Shown here piece by piece: positions 1 through 9,512 of a stretch of 64,000 bases of DNA. A program made the translations under genes and the position numbers. The notes below the pieces were generated by a model. The model saw nothing but the letters and a program-made list of their open reading frames with translations, did not search any database and was not told where the DNA came from. This DNA is from an uncultured Muribaculaceae bacterium (GTDB lineage: Bacteria > Bacteroidota > Bacteroidia > Bacteroidales > Muribaculaceae), in assembly GCA_910579035.1 (NCBI GenBank), contig CAJTSR010000003.1, forward strand, positions 72,239 through 136,238, in the 5' to 3' direction. The stretch's first letter is position 1, and the number at the start of each line of letters is the position of its first letter.

Positions 1-1848
1 GCTCCCAACTGGGTGTGCGAACTCGGTGGCGACAACAACCTCAAGGTATCGTCGATCAACATCAGCGAAACCCTCCGCTACGAGATTCTGCCCGGATTCA
101 CAGCCAACGCCGTTCTCGGCTACAACCACTCGGAGGCTGTGCGCGACACAAAGAACCTTCCCATCGACTTCTACCAGTATAACGACACCTTCGAGGTGAC
201 ATCGCCGCTGCAGAAGAACACTTCTTACCAGAAGACCAGCAACCAGACCGACTTCTACTCCGTTCAGGGCTACCTCAACTATACCAAGAGCTTCAATCAG
301 GCGCACAACACCACCTTCATGGCCGGTGTGCAGTACAATATGAAGCAGTACGACGGCTTCGGTGTCAAGGTGCTTGATATCCAGCCTACTCTCGAGGTTC
401 CCAACGGCTCCGGCGAAATCACCCTTCAGAGCGTGGGTCGCTGGGAAGAAGCCATTATGTCGTACTACGGCCGTGCCAACTATGACTACAAGAACAAGTA
501 CATGGTAGAAGGCCAGTTCCGCTATGACGGCAGCTCCAAGTTCCAGAAAGACAACCGCTGGGCATTCTTCTGGGGTGCGTCGCTCGGCTGGCGTATCACC
601 GAAGAGGCGTTTATGGAAGGCACCCGCCACTGGCTCAATGAGCTTAAGCTCCGCGCCTCCTACGGCAACGTGGGCAACCAGAGCGGTATCGACCGTTACT
701 CGGGTGTGATGCTCTACAACGTGAGCGCTTCTGGCGGCAACCTTATCGGCGGCGAATTTGTAAGCACCATGGACACCAACGGCAAGCTTGTCAGCACCGA
801 CCGCACATGGGAACGCGTGCACAACTACAACGTTGCTCTCGACTTCGGCTTCCTCAACAGCCGACTCCGCGGTACTGTCGAAGCATTCTGGAAGAAAACC
901 AACAACATGCTTATCGACGTGCTCTATCCCGGCATTCTTGGCGACAAGGCACCCACAGCGAACAAAGGTAAATTCAAAGGCTGGGGCTACGAAGGCAATA
1001 TCAACTGGAACGACCGTGTGGGCGATGTAGGCTACCATGTAGGCGGTACATTCACATACGTGGACAACGAACTTATCGACAACGGCGGTAGCGGCGCACT
1101 CGCAGCCGGTATCCGTTCCGACCGCGAAGGTTATCCCCTCGGCTCGGTGTTCGGTCTTCGCTACTGCGGCAAGATTCAGAACGAAGAACAGCTCGCAAAG
1201 TACAAGGACAAATATCAGGACAATTCGTCGGTAGGTAACATTCGCATGCTCCGCGTGGGCGACAATATGTTCCAGGACATCAACGGCGACGGCAAACTCG
1301 ATGCCGAAGACTATGTGTACCTCGGCACGGACGCCCCCAAAATCCAGTTCTCGTTCAACTTCGGCGCCGACTGGAAAGGATTCGACATCAACGTTATCTT
1401 CCAGGGAGCAGGCAAGCGCACCGTGTTCCGCCGCGAAGGCAACGGCAACGCCGACCCATGGCAGATACCTATGCGTACTCCGTACATGAACGGTTCCAAC
1501 CACTGGGTAGGCAATATCTGGAGCCCCGAAACTCCCGAAAACCGCTATCCCACCCTTACAAGCATAGGTGATATCAACAATTACAACTATCAGTGCTCCA
1601 GCTGGCTTGTCAACGACGGCAGCTACCTGCGCCTGAAGAACATCACCATCGGTTACTCTCTGCCGAAGAGCGTTCTCGACAAGCAGAAAGTGCTTAGCGC
1701 CGTGCGCTTCTCCATCACAGGTACCGACCTCTGGGAAGTAAGCCATATCAACGACGGCTGGGACCCCGAAGCAGCATCGACAGTATCGAATATGTCGCGC
1801 TATCCCTTCCTCCGCACAGTAACATTCGGTGCCAACGTCACCTTCTAA
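1..1848 (+). CDS. SusC-like TonB-dependent transporter (5' truncated by window edge)
   Basis: Frame open from base 1. SusC barrel motifs GRANYDY, FRYDGSSKF, LKLRASYG, YLRLKNITIGY; terminal Phe; directly upstream of SusD. Confidence 0.95.
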   Translation, partial: APNWVCELGGDNNLKVSSINISETLRYEILPGFTANAVLGYNHSEAVRDTKNLPIDFYQYNDTFEVTSPLQKNTSYQKTSNQTDFYSVQGYLNYTKSFNQAHNTTFMAGVQYNMKQYDGFGVKVLDIQPTLEVPNGSGEITLQSVGRWEEAIMSYYGRANYDYKNKYMVEGQFRYDGSSKFQKDNRWAFFWGASLGWRITEEAFMEGTRHWLNELKLRASYGNVGNQSGIDRYSGVMLYNVSASGGNLIGGEFVSTMDTNGKLVSTDRTWERVHNYNVALDFGFLNSRLRGTVEAFWKKTNNMLIDVLYPGILGDKAPTANKGKFKGWGYEGNINWNDRVGDVGYHVGGTFTYVDNELIDNGGSGALAAGIRSDREGYPLGSVFGLRYCGKIQNEEQLAKYKDKYQDNSSVGNIRMLRVGDNMFQDINGDGKLDAEDYVYLGTDAPKIQFSFNFGADWKGFDINVIFQGAGKRTVFRREGNGNADPWQIPMRTPYMNGSNHWVGNIWSPETPENRYPTLTSIGDINNYNYQCSSWLVNDGSYLRLKNITIGYSLPKSVLDKQKVLSAVRFSITGTDLWEVSHINDGWDPEAASTVSNMSRYPFLRTVTFGANVTF

Positions 1849-1866
1849 AAAAGAGCTAACACCACA

Positions 1867-3582
1867 ATGAAAAAGTTCATAAAATATATAGCCATAGGCG
1901 CTTTCGCCCTCGCCTCGGCGAGCTGCCTCGAGCTGAGCCCGAAAGATCAGCTCTCCGACCCCGACCTATGGGGAAAGCCCGGCGACTTCGAGAGCTTCGC
2001 CAACAAGTTCTATGACTGGATGCCTAATTTCGGCATGATATACGACGACAATTTCCACTGCGACAAGCGCTCCGACCTTGTGAGCGACAAGGGTGGCCGC
2101 AACGTGTATGCCGACGGTACCAACACCGTGCCTCAGGGCGACGGTGACTATTCTGGCGCCTACAGCCGCATTCGCCGCTGCAACCTTCTGATACAGAACT
2201 CTGAAAAGTATCCTAACGAGGCCGAGATACGCCAGCCCCTCGGCGAGGCTTATTTCTTCCGTGCATGGAACTACTTCAGCCTCGTGCAGAAGTTCGGCAA
2301 CTGCATTCTCGTTGACGAGCCTATCGATGTCAACGATCCCCGCATGAACGCCAAGCGCGACGACCGCGGCATCGTGGTAGACTTCATAATCGAAGACCTC
2401 AAGAAAGCTTCCGAACTGCTCAAATCCATCAGCGAGGTGGAAGACGGCCGTGTAAGCGCTGAAGGCGCGCAGGCATTCCTGAGCCGTGTGGCTCTCTTTG
2501 AAGGCACATGGCAGAAGTTCCGCAACGACGAAACCCGTGCCCGCGTCCTCCTCGACGAGGCTGCCAAATCGGCTCTCGCCGTTATCAACTCAGGCAAGTT
2601 CCAGCTTTTCGCTCCCTCCGCCCTCGGCGACAGCGCGCAGAAATATATGTTTATTCTCGAAGATGTTCCCTCCAACCCTGCAGGGCTTAACAAGGGCGCA
2701 AACACCGAGTATATAATCAAGCGCTGCTTCCACGCCACTCTCAAGACCACCGGTCGCAACCTCACCACCGAGGTTCTTGCCAATGCACAGTGGGTATCGT
2801 CGAAGTTTGCCGACATGTACCTCTGTCAGGACGGTCTGCCCATCGATAAGTCAAAACTTTTCCAAGGCTATCAAACCGTGAAAGGCGAGTGGATGAACCG
2901 CGACAACCGTATGCGCTACACCCTGATGCGTCCCGGCGATACTTTCTGGAACAACTCTGCAGCAAACAGTCGTATCGACTGGAGCGGCAGCGCCGAAGAA
3001 ATAGCACACTGCAAGTACAAAGGCTTCCTGCCGAACTGGGGTAGCGGATATTTCCCCCAGAAGTGGGCCACCGAGCGTATGTGCAACGACCGCGACGAAA
3101 GCTACGACTGGCCTGTACTCCGCTATGCCGAAGTGCTTATGAACTATGCCGAGGCAGTGTACGAACGCGACGGCTCTATTTCCGACGAAGACCTCAACCT
3201 GTCGCTCAACCTTGTCCGCAAGCGCGTCAACAAGACCATGCCCGCCCTTACAAACGCTTTTGCGTCGGCAAACGGCCTTGATATGCGTGAGGAAATACGT
3301 CGCGAGCGTACCATAGAGTTCTTCCAGGAGGGCTTCCGCATCGACGACCTCAAGCGTTGGAAGACTGCCGAAATAGAGATGCCCAAGGATTTCTGCGGTA
3401 TACGCCACATCGGCGAATGGAAAAACCGCTGGGCTAATCCCGGAATGCCGACCGATTCCGAGGGTCGTCTGATTGTAGTGTCCGACCGCACATGGGCCGA
3501 GAGAAACTATCTCTACCCGCTGCCTGTCGACCAGCTTCAGCTCAACCCCAATCTGGACCAGAACCCCGGCTGGGCAAATTAA
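1867..3582 (+). CDS. SusD/RagB glycan-binding lipoprotein
   Basis: Lipobox ASASC; GEAYFFRAWNYF, LRYAEVLMNYAEA, RRERTIEF, NPNLDQNPGW motifs. Confidence 0.95.
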   Translation: MKKFIKYIAIGAFALASASCLELSPKDQLSDPDLWGKPGDFESFANKFYDWMPNFGMIYDDNFHCDKRSDLVSDKGGRNVYADGTNTVPQGDGDYSGAYSRIRRCNLLIQNSEKYPNEAEIRQPLGEAYFFRAWNYFSLVQKFGNCILVDEPIDVNDPRMNAKRDDRGIVVDFIIEDLKKASELLKSISEVEDGRVSAEGAQAFLSRVALFEGTWQKFRNDETRARVLLDEAAKSALAVINSGKFQLFAPSALGDSAQKYMFILEDVPSNPAGLNKGANTEYIIKRCFHATLKTTGRNLTTEVLANAQWVSSKFADMYLCQDGLPIDKSKLFQGYQTVKGEWMNRDNRMRYTLMRPGDTFWNNSAANSRIDWSGSAEEIAHCKYKGFLPNWGSGYFPQKWATERMCNDRDESYDWPVLRYAEVLMNYAEAVYERDGSISDEDLNLSLNLVRKRVNKTMPALTNAFASANGLDMREEIRRERTIEFFQEGFRIDDLKRWKTAEIEMPKDFCGIRHIGEWKNRWANPGMPTDSEGRLIVVSDRTWAERNYLYPLPVDQLQLNPNLDQNPGWAN

Positions 3583-3606
3583 TCCACCACTTAGCCTTTT
3601 ATAGCA

Positions 3607-5037
3607 ATGAAAAGCAATAAGACAAGCATAGCAGCAATGCTGCTCGCCGCCCTCGCCATTACCGGCTGCGACGACGAAAAGCAGCTCACGCTCGATAATC
3701 CCCCCACGAAGCTTCTCGAAAATATCAAGTTCGAGGTAAGCGACATTCTGCCTCTTGCTGTGGGCATGGACTCCACTCTGGTTTATACATTCGGCCCTGA
3801 GGAGTGCGACGATCCCGAAATCGTGTTCAGCTCCTCCGACGAAAGCGTGGCAACAGTCGACCAGGACGGTACCATCCACGCCATCAAAGTAGGCCAGGCC
3901 ACCATATCCGCGCTGCCCTCGCTCGGATTCCCGGTGTACGAAGCACAGGCCGCCGTAGTGGTGGAGGTAATACCCGAAGTGATTAAGATTCAGCAAATCA
4001 ACATTAAGAATACCACCCCCGTGAGCGAGGACGGTATGATATATGTTACTGACGAACTGCAGCTCGCAGTCGAAATCCTGCCGGAGAACGCTACATACCA
4101 CCGCGTGATATGGAAGAGCTCCGACGAGAAGATTGCCACTGTCGACCAGACAGGCAAGGTTGAGTGCGTGGGCGTGGGTGATGTTGTAATCACGGCGGCG
4201 TCGACCGACCGCAGCGGCGTGGTAGGCACATACAAGCTCACTGTCAACAAGTACATCGCCGCCACCGGCATCTCTATCAAGCCTCTTGACGGCCCGGTAT
4301 GTATCAGCTATGGCGCTTTCGCCCTCGAAGCCACCTACGAGCCTACAGGCGCAACTGTCGGTTCTGTAGAATGGACTTCCGACAACGAAGGCATCGCCGC
4401 AGTGCGTCGCGGTATCGTTACACCTACCGGCTTCGGTACCTGCAACATCACTGCCAAGTGTCTTGAAAACGGCGCAAGCGCATCTGTAACCGTTACCGTA
4501 GAGCCCGGCTTCTATGTGATGGATCCCACCACTAACTACGGCAGCTTTATATGCAGCGACGGCGAAAAGCCCAATACAAACGGTGTAAACGGAACATGGC
4601 GTGTCACCATTCCCGTTCCCAACGAAGGAGGCAAGTGGCGTCGCGACATCAAGATTGACTGCAACAATAATAATACGTTTGAGATGCGCCTTAAGAGCTA
4701 TCCCGTGTTCGCTATCCGTATGACCAAGCTCAACGGCGGTAACGCTACCGGCGACATTGTGGAACTCAACAAGGGCGGTGCCGGCAACCCCAACCCGAAG
4801 AACGGTATCGACCTCGGCGACGGAACCCAGCTGCTTATCTACAACCTCGGTACCCGCCCCGCATACGAAGGTCTGGATCAGGCTCTCTTCCGCGTGTTCC
4901 AGTTCAAGATTGCCGATATTCCTTGGGCAAATATGACTCCGGCTACCGCATACTACGATGTATACTGGGCACGCACCTTCAAGAGCGAAGATGAAGCCAA
5001 GGCTTTTGCCGAAGCTCAGGTAGCACGTGGTGAATAA
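3607..5037 (+). CDS. Surface lipoprotein with about 3 Big_2 Ig-like repeats and a DUF4979-like C-terminal domain (SGBP-B candidate)
   Basis: Lipobox ITGC followed by acidic DDE; repeats FSSSDESVATVD / WKSSDEKIATVD / WTSDNEGIAAV; position after susD. Confidence 0.8.
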   Translation: MKSNKTSIAAMLLAALAITGCDDEKQLTLDNPPTKLLENIKFEVSDILPLAVGMDSTLVYTFGPEECDDPEIVFSSSDESVATVDQDGTIHAIKVGQATISALPSLGFPVYEAQAAVVVEVIPEVIKIQQINIKNTTPVSEDGMIYVTDELQLAVEILPENATYHRVIWKSSDEKIATVDQTGKVECVGVGDVVITAASTDRSGVVGTYKLTVNKYIAATGISIKPLDGPVCISYGAFALEATYEPTGATVGSVEWTSDNEGIAAVRRGIVTPTGFGTCNITAKCLENGASASVTVTVEPGFYVMDPTTNYGSFICSDGEKPNTNGVNGTWRVTIPVPNEGGKWRRDIKIDCNNNNTFEMRLKSYPVFAIRMTKLNGGNATGDIVELNKGGAGNPNPKNGIDLGDGTQLLIYNLGTRPAYEGLDQALFRVFQFKIADIPWANMTPATAYYDVYWARTFKSEDEAKAFAEAQVARGE

Positions 5038-5062
5038 TCTATCAAAACCATCTAAAACGACA

Positions 5063-6460
5063 ATGAAAAAGATATTGACATTCATATTGTCGGCCGCCTC
5101 GATTCTCGCAGCACAGAGCTGCTGCGAGATTGAGGACGGATGGACCGACATCGACAGCTGGCCAGCTCCGGCTAAAAAATACGAGCCCCGCACGGACTAT
5201 ACATTCAACCACCCGTGCATGCTCCACAGCGCTTCCGACCTTGACTACACCAAGAGCCATCTCGGACAGGAGCCTTGGGCAGAGGCTTACAACAAGCTGC
5301 TTACAAGCGACTTCTGCAACGCCAACTATAAGCCGCGCCCTGTGGAATACCTCGCGCGTCTTGACGCCGGAAACTGGGGCGACGGCGGCGGCCGCTGGGA
5401 CGATGCCGGTATCCGCGACCTCTTCTATCCCGGTATCCACAACAACTATGTGAATTTCTATCAGGACTGCGCTGCCGCATACCAGCTCGGCCTTAAATGG
5501 AAACTCGCCGGCGACGGTCAGGCCGCCGCAGCTGCCATCAACATTCTTCAGGAATGGGCAAAGGTGAACAAAGGCCTGCTCCTTGGCCGCGGCCCGCGCT
5601 TCAAGGACGAACCGGTTGACCCCAACGAGTATCTGATTATGTTCCAGATACATCAGGCTGCCAATGCTGCCGAACTCGTTCGCGACTTCAACGACTGGGA
5701 CAAGTCGGACGAATTCAAGCAGGTTGTGACTTGGATGACAGAGCATTTCTATCCTTTCTGCTCCAAGTTTATAGCCACCAACATCAACGACCACTCGTGG
5801 ATGAACTGGGACCTCGCGTCGATGACCGCCATGCTGTCGATAGCCATTCTTGGCAATGACATGGACAAGGTGAACGAGGCTATCCTCCACTTCAAGATGG
5901 GTCTTGGCCCGGGCTGCATCATGCGCAAGGGCGTTATCGAAGTGTCCGACGACCCCTCCGGCACAGGCGAGAAGCTTGCGCAGGGCAATGAATCGGGCCG
6001 TGACCAGGGTCACAACGTGCTCTGTGCCGCCATGCTGGGCGCTTTCTGCCAGATGGCATACAATATCGGCGAAGACCTCTTCTCCTTTGAGGACGGACGC
6101 GCTATCGCTTTCGCACAGTACATTGCCAAGTACAACCTCGTGAAGCCCGAACTCGGCAAGGATTACGACAGCGGCAATCTTACCGACGCATCGTTCCGCT
6201 ATCCCGAAAGCTCGATGCCTTTCAAGGAGTACAGCTACAATGGCGGCACCATGACCAAGATTTCGGCAGCAGGCCGAGGCAACGTCCGTCCCTGCTGGGA
6301 CCTTTGGGCCGGCTACTGCAAGAGCCACAACGTGAAGGCTACCTACATACAGCAGATGGCCGAGCACTTCCGTCCTGACGGCGGCGGCGGCCACTACGGC
6401 GGCAACTCCGGCGGCTTCGACCAGCTCGGGTTCTCCACCCTGATGCACCATCGCGAATAA
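5063..6460 (+). CDS. Alginate-lyase-like (alpha/alpha toroid) lipoprotein
   Basis: Start set at MKKILTF; lipobox AQSC; HPCMLH, MNWDLAS and ESGRDQGH motifs, the HP and RDQGH motifs shared with 16014..17585. Confidence 0.7.
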   Translation: MKKILTFILSAASILAAQSCCEIEDGWTDIDSWPAPAKKYEPRTDYTFNHPCMLHSASDLDYTKSHLGQEPWAEAYNKLLTSDFCNANYKPRPVEYLARLDAGNWGDGGGRWDDAGIRDLFYPGIHNNYVNFYQDCAAAYQLGLKWKLAGDGQAAAAAINILQEWAKVNKGLLLGRGPRFKDEPVDPNEYLIMFQIHQAANAAELVRDFNDWDKSDEFKQVVTWMTEHFYPFCSKFIATNINDHSWMNWDLASMTAMLSIAILGNDMDKVNEAILHFKMGLGPGCIMRKGVIEVSDDPSGTGEKLAQGNESGRDQGHNVLCAAMLGAFCQMAYNIGEDLFSFEDGRAIAFAQYIAKYNLVKPELGKDYDSGNLTDASFRYPESSMPFKEYSYNGGTMTKISAAGRGNVRPCWDLWAGYCKSHNVKATYIQQMAEHFRPDGGGGHYGGNSGGFDQLGFSTLMHHRE

Positions 6461-6483
6461 TATTGCTCAATTACTTTGATTGG

Positions 6484-6527
6484 CAGGGGCATAAAAACAA
6501 GATTCAGGTTTTTATGCCCCTGTTTTT
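6484..6527 (+). terminator. Intrinsic terminator after the susC-susD-lipoprotein block
   Basis: CAGGGGCATAAAAAC / GTTTTTATGCCCCTG inverted repeat followed by a T run. Confidence 0.85.
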
Positions 6528-6554
6528 CACAAAATCACTATTTTTGTAGACAAG

Positions 6555-7997
6555 ATGAATCTTACACGTAAAATCACGTTATCTATAGCTCTTGCAGCAA
6601 GTCTTGGCGCCGCCGCCGATGTGGTGACATATCCGGCGGGACAGGGCGTGGAAACCACGGAGGATTACTCTGTGGCGGTGCGGCAGGGCGGTTCCGGCTG
6701 GAAGCCGGTGGCTGTCTATCCCGTCAAGGTCGACGAGGTGCGTGGCACCAGGCATTGTGTGGAACTCGCCTCTATGGCCTATTTCGACTTCAGCGGAACG
6801 GTTGAGGTGCGGGTGGTGCATAACCGCGGAGCGGTTGAGGCGGCGCGAGTGCGCCCCCTGTCGCAGGGCATAAAGCCGTCGGTGCAGGGCGACACCCTCA
6901 CGTTCTCGCTTTCACACCCGGCCAATCTCTCGGTAGAGGTCAACGGCGATATCTTCCATAATCTCCATCTATTTGCCAACCCGCTCGATGCCCGCCGTCC
7001 GTCGGCCAAGGAAATAAAGCGCGCGGGTCGCAAAGGCTCTAAGCTCGTTTACTTCGCTCCGGGTGTGCACCGCCTTCCCGGCGACACCCTGCGGGTGGCT
7101 TCGGGTAGCATGGTGTATGTCGACGGCGGCGCGCGGGTGCTGGGCACTCTCATAGTCGACGGCGAGCGCGATGTGCGCATCTATGGTCGTGGCGAGGTGC
7201 ATCCTGCGGGTCGTGGAGCCGGCGTGTATGTGAAGCGTTCCAAGAAAGTCGAGGCAGAGGGTATCATTGTCACCCAGCTGCCGGTAGGGCAGAGCGATTC
7301 GGTGGCTGTGACAAACGTCAAGGCCATCAGCTCCTACGGCTGGGGTGACGGTATGAATGCCTTTGCAAGCAGCAATGTGCGCTACGACAGCGTGTTCTGC
7401 CGCAACAGCGACGACTGTTCCACCATATATGCCACCCGTATGGGTTTCAAAGGCAGCTGCAAGAACATTCTTATGGAAAATTCCACGCTGTGGGCCGACG
7501 TGGCACACCCTATCATGATAGGCATACACGGCAATGTCGAAGAGCCGGACACTATCGAGAATATAACTTACCGCAATATCGACATTCTCGACCATCAGGA
7601 GCGGCAGCTCGACTATCAGGGTTGCTTTGCCATAAACTGCGGCGATGAGAACCTTATCCGCAATCTTGTTTTCGACAATATCCGCGTCGAGGATTTCCGC
7701 CTCGGCCGCTTGGTGGACATACGCATTTTCTACAATAAGAAGTACTGCCTTGCGCCGGGTCGCGGCATTCACAATGTCCTTTTCAAGGATATAGTCTACA
7801 ACGGCGGCCGCTCCGAGCTGTCAATCATAGCCGGGTATGACGACAGCCGCAAGGTGAGCGGCATCACGTTCGATAATCTTGTAATCAACGGAGTGCGCAT
7901 CACCGACGATATGCCCGGCAAGCCCAGATGGTACAAGACCGGCGATATGGCCCGCATCTTTATCGGCGAGCACGTCGATGATGTGGTGTTTAAGTGA
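6555..7997 (+). CDS. Secreted right-handed beta-helix glycosidase (GH28/GH49-related), paralog 1
   Basis: Signal peptide; YFAPGVH, WGDG...RNSDDC (Asp pattern like clan GH-N) and beta-helix repeats such as ENITYRNIDI and LVFDNIRVE. Confidence 0.75.
   Translation: MNLTRKITLSIALAASLGAAADVVTYPAGQGVETTEDYSVAVRQGGSGWKPVAVYPVKVDEVRGTRHCVELASMAYFDFSGTVEVRVVHNRGAVEAARVRPLSQGIKPSVQGDTLTFSLSHPANLSVEVNGDIFHNLHLFANPLDARRPSAKEIKRAGRKGSKLVYFAPGVHRLPGDTLRVASGSMVYVDGGARVLGTLIVDGERDVRIYGRGEVHPAGRGAGVYVKRSKKVEAEGIIVTQLPVGQSDSVAVTNVKAISSYGWGDGMNAFASSNVRYDSVFCRNSDDCSTIYATRMGFKGSCKNILMENSTLWADVAHPIMIGIHGNVEEPDTIENITYRNIDILDHQERQLDYQGCFAINCGDENLIRNLVFDNIRVEDFRLGRLVDIRIFYNKKYCLAPGRGIHNVLFKDIVYNGGRSELSIIAGYDDSRKVSGITFDNLVINGVRITDDMPGKPRWYKTGDMARIFIGEHVDDVVFK
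7884..7980 (+). repeat. 97-bp exact direct repeat, copy 1 (copy 2 at 9355..9451)
   Basis: ATCAACGGAGTG...CACGTCGATG is identical in both paralog 3' ends by direct comparison. Confidence 0.9.
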
Positions 7998-8029
7998 TTA
8001 AGTGATTAGGTGGTTAGGTGATTAAGTTT
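7990..8029 (+). repeat. Degenerate 8-bp tandem repeat (TTARGTGR, about 5 units)
   Basis: ttaagtga ttaagtga ttaggtgg ttaggtga ttaagttt; related array at about 9461..9500. Confidence 0.75.
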
Positions 8030-8040
8030 ACCAAGGACAT

Positions 8041-9468
8041 ATGAAAAAACTGATATATGCGATTTTGGCAATGGCGTCGATTGGCGCCAAAGCAGAGGTA
8101 GTGACATATCCTGCTGGCGATGGTGTGCTTACATCGTCGGATTATACCGTGGAAGTGCGTCAGGGCGGCGACTGGCAGCCGGTGGCGGTCTATCCAGTGA
8201 GCGTTTTCAACGTTGATAAGGCCAAAGATGCCGTAGAACGTGCCTCGATGGCTTACTTCGATTTCGATGGGCCGGTGGAAGTGCGCCTCGTCCATCATCT
8301 CGGAGCGGTCGATAAGGCCGCCGTGCGCCCCCTTTCGCGAGGCATAGTGCCCGAATTGAGCGGCGACACAATCAGCTTTTCGCTGACCGGGTCTGAAAAT
8401 CTGTCGGTAGAGATAAACGGCGATCGTTTTCACAACCTCCACCTGTTTGCAAATCCGGTCGATGCCAACCGTCCAACAGCCAAGGAGCTGAAAAAGCTTA
8501 AGAAAAACAAGAAGTTCGTCTATTTTGCTCCCGGTGTGCACCAGCTGCCCGGCGACACTATGAGGGTCGAATCAGGCACGACGGTGTATGTCGACGGCGG
8601 TGCGCGCGTATACGGCGCTATCATAGCCGACGGTGTTCGCGATGTAAAGATATACGGTCGTGGCGAGGTGCACCCCGCCGGCCGTGGATCGGGCGTGAAC
8701 ATACGCCGGTCGAAGAATGTGGAGGTCGACGGCTTGGTGACCACGCAGCTGCCTGTGGGCGGTTCCGATTCCGTAAGGGTGTCGAATGTCAAGGCTATAA
8801 GCAGTTATAACTGGGGCGACGGCATGAATGTGTTTTCAAGCTCTAACGTGCACTACGACCGTGTGTTCTGCCGCAACAGCGACGACTGCTCCACGGCTTA
8901 TGCCTCGACTCAGGGCTACAAGGGCAGCTCCAGGAACGTGCTTGTGGAAAACTCCGTACTGTGGGCCGACGTTGCACACCCCATCAACGTAGGCGGCCAT
9001 GGCGACCCGGCCGGAAGCGACACCGTGGAGAACGTCACATACCGCAATATCGATATTCTCGACCATGCCGAGAAGCAGCTCGACTATCAAGGCTGTATGG
9101 CTATCAATCCCGGCGACAATGTGTTGGTTCGCAATATTGTTTTCGAGGATATACGGGTGGAGGATATCCGCAGGGGGCAGTTGCTCAACGTCCGCATCGG
9201 TTTCAACAAGAAATATTGCGTGTCGGTGGGGCGTGGTGTTGACAATGTGCTGTTTAAGAACATAAGCTACAACGGCACGAACAGCAACCTCTCGATAATT
9301 GCCGGCTACGACGAAGACCATAAACTGTCGGGCATCACATTTGATAATCTCGTTATCAACGGAGTGCGCATCACCGACGATATGCCCGGCAAGCCCAGAT
9401 GGTACAAGACCGGCGATATGGCCCGCATCTTTATCGGCGAGCACGTCGATGGTGTGGTGTTTAAGTAG
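8041..9468 (+). CDS. Secreted beta-helix glycosidase (GH28/GH49-related), paralog 2
   Basis: Collinear with 6555..7997 over its whole mature length; same WGDG / RNSDDC / WADVAHPI motifs. Confidence 0.75.
   Translation: MKKLIYAILAMASIGAKAEVVTYPAGDGVLTSSDYTVEVRQGGDWQPVAVYPVSVFNVDKAKDAVERASMAYFDFDGPVEVRLVHHLGAVDKAAVRPLSRGIVPELSGDTISFSLTGSENLSVEINGDRFHNLHLFANPVDANRPTAKELKKLKKNKKFVYFAPGVHQLPGDTMRVESGTTVYVDGGARVYGAIIADGVRDVKIYGRGEVHPAGRGSGVNIRRSKNVEVDGLVTTQLPVGGSDSVRVSNVKAISSYNWGDGMNVFSSSNVHYDRVFCRNSDDCSTAYASTQGYKGSSRNVLVENSVLWADVAHPINVGGHGDPAGSDTVENVTYRNIDILDHAEKQLDYQGCMAINPGDNVLVRNIVFEDIRVEDIRRGQLLNVRIGFNKKYCVSVGRGVDNVLFKNISYNGTNSNLSIIAGYDEDHKLSGITFDNLVINGVRITDDMPGKPRWYKTGDMARIFIGEHVDGVVFK
9355..9451 (+). 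repeat. 97-bp exact direct repeat, copy 2
   Basis: Identical to 7884..7980. Confidence 0.9.
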
Positions 9469-9512
9469 TTAGGTGTTTAAGTGGTTAGGTGGTTGGGTTT
9501 CACCAAAGACAT

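Noticed and set aside
2851..6451. Long antisense ORFs (780 aa and 469 aa), and similar ones opposite GH97, dxs and glyS
   Set aside because: Shadow frames of strongly codon-biased genes; no recognisable motifs, and fully overlapped by well-supported CDSs.
7884..9451. Paired 3'-end repeats as DGR template/variable regions
   Set aside because: The copies are identical with no adenine-specific differences, both are coding, and there is no reverse transcriptase in the window.
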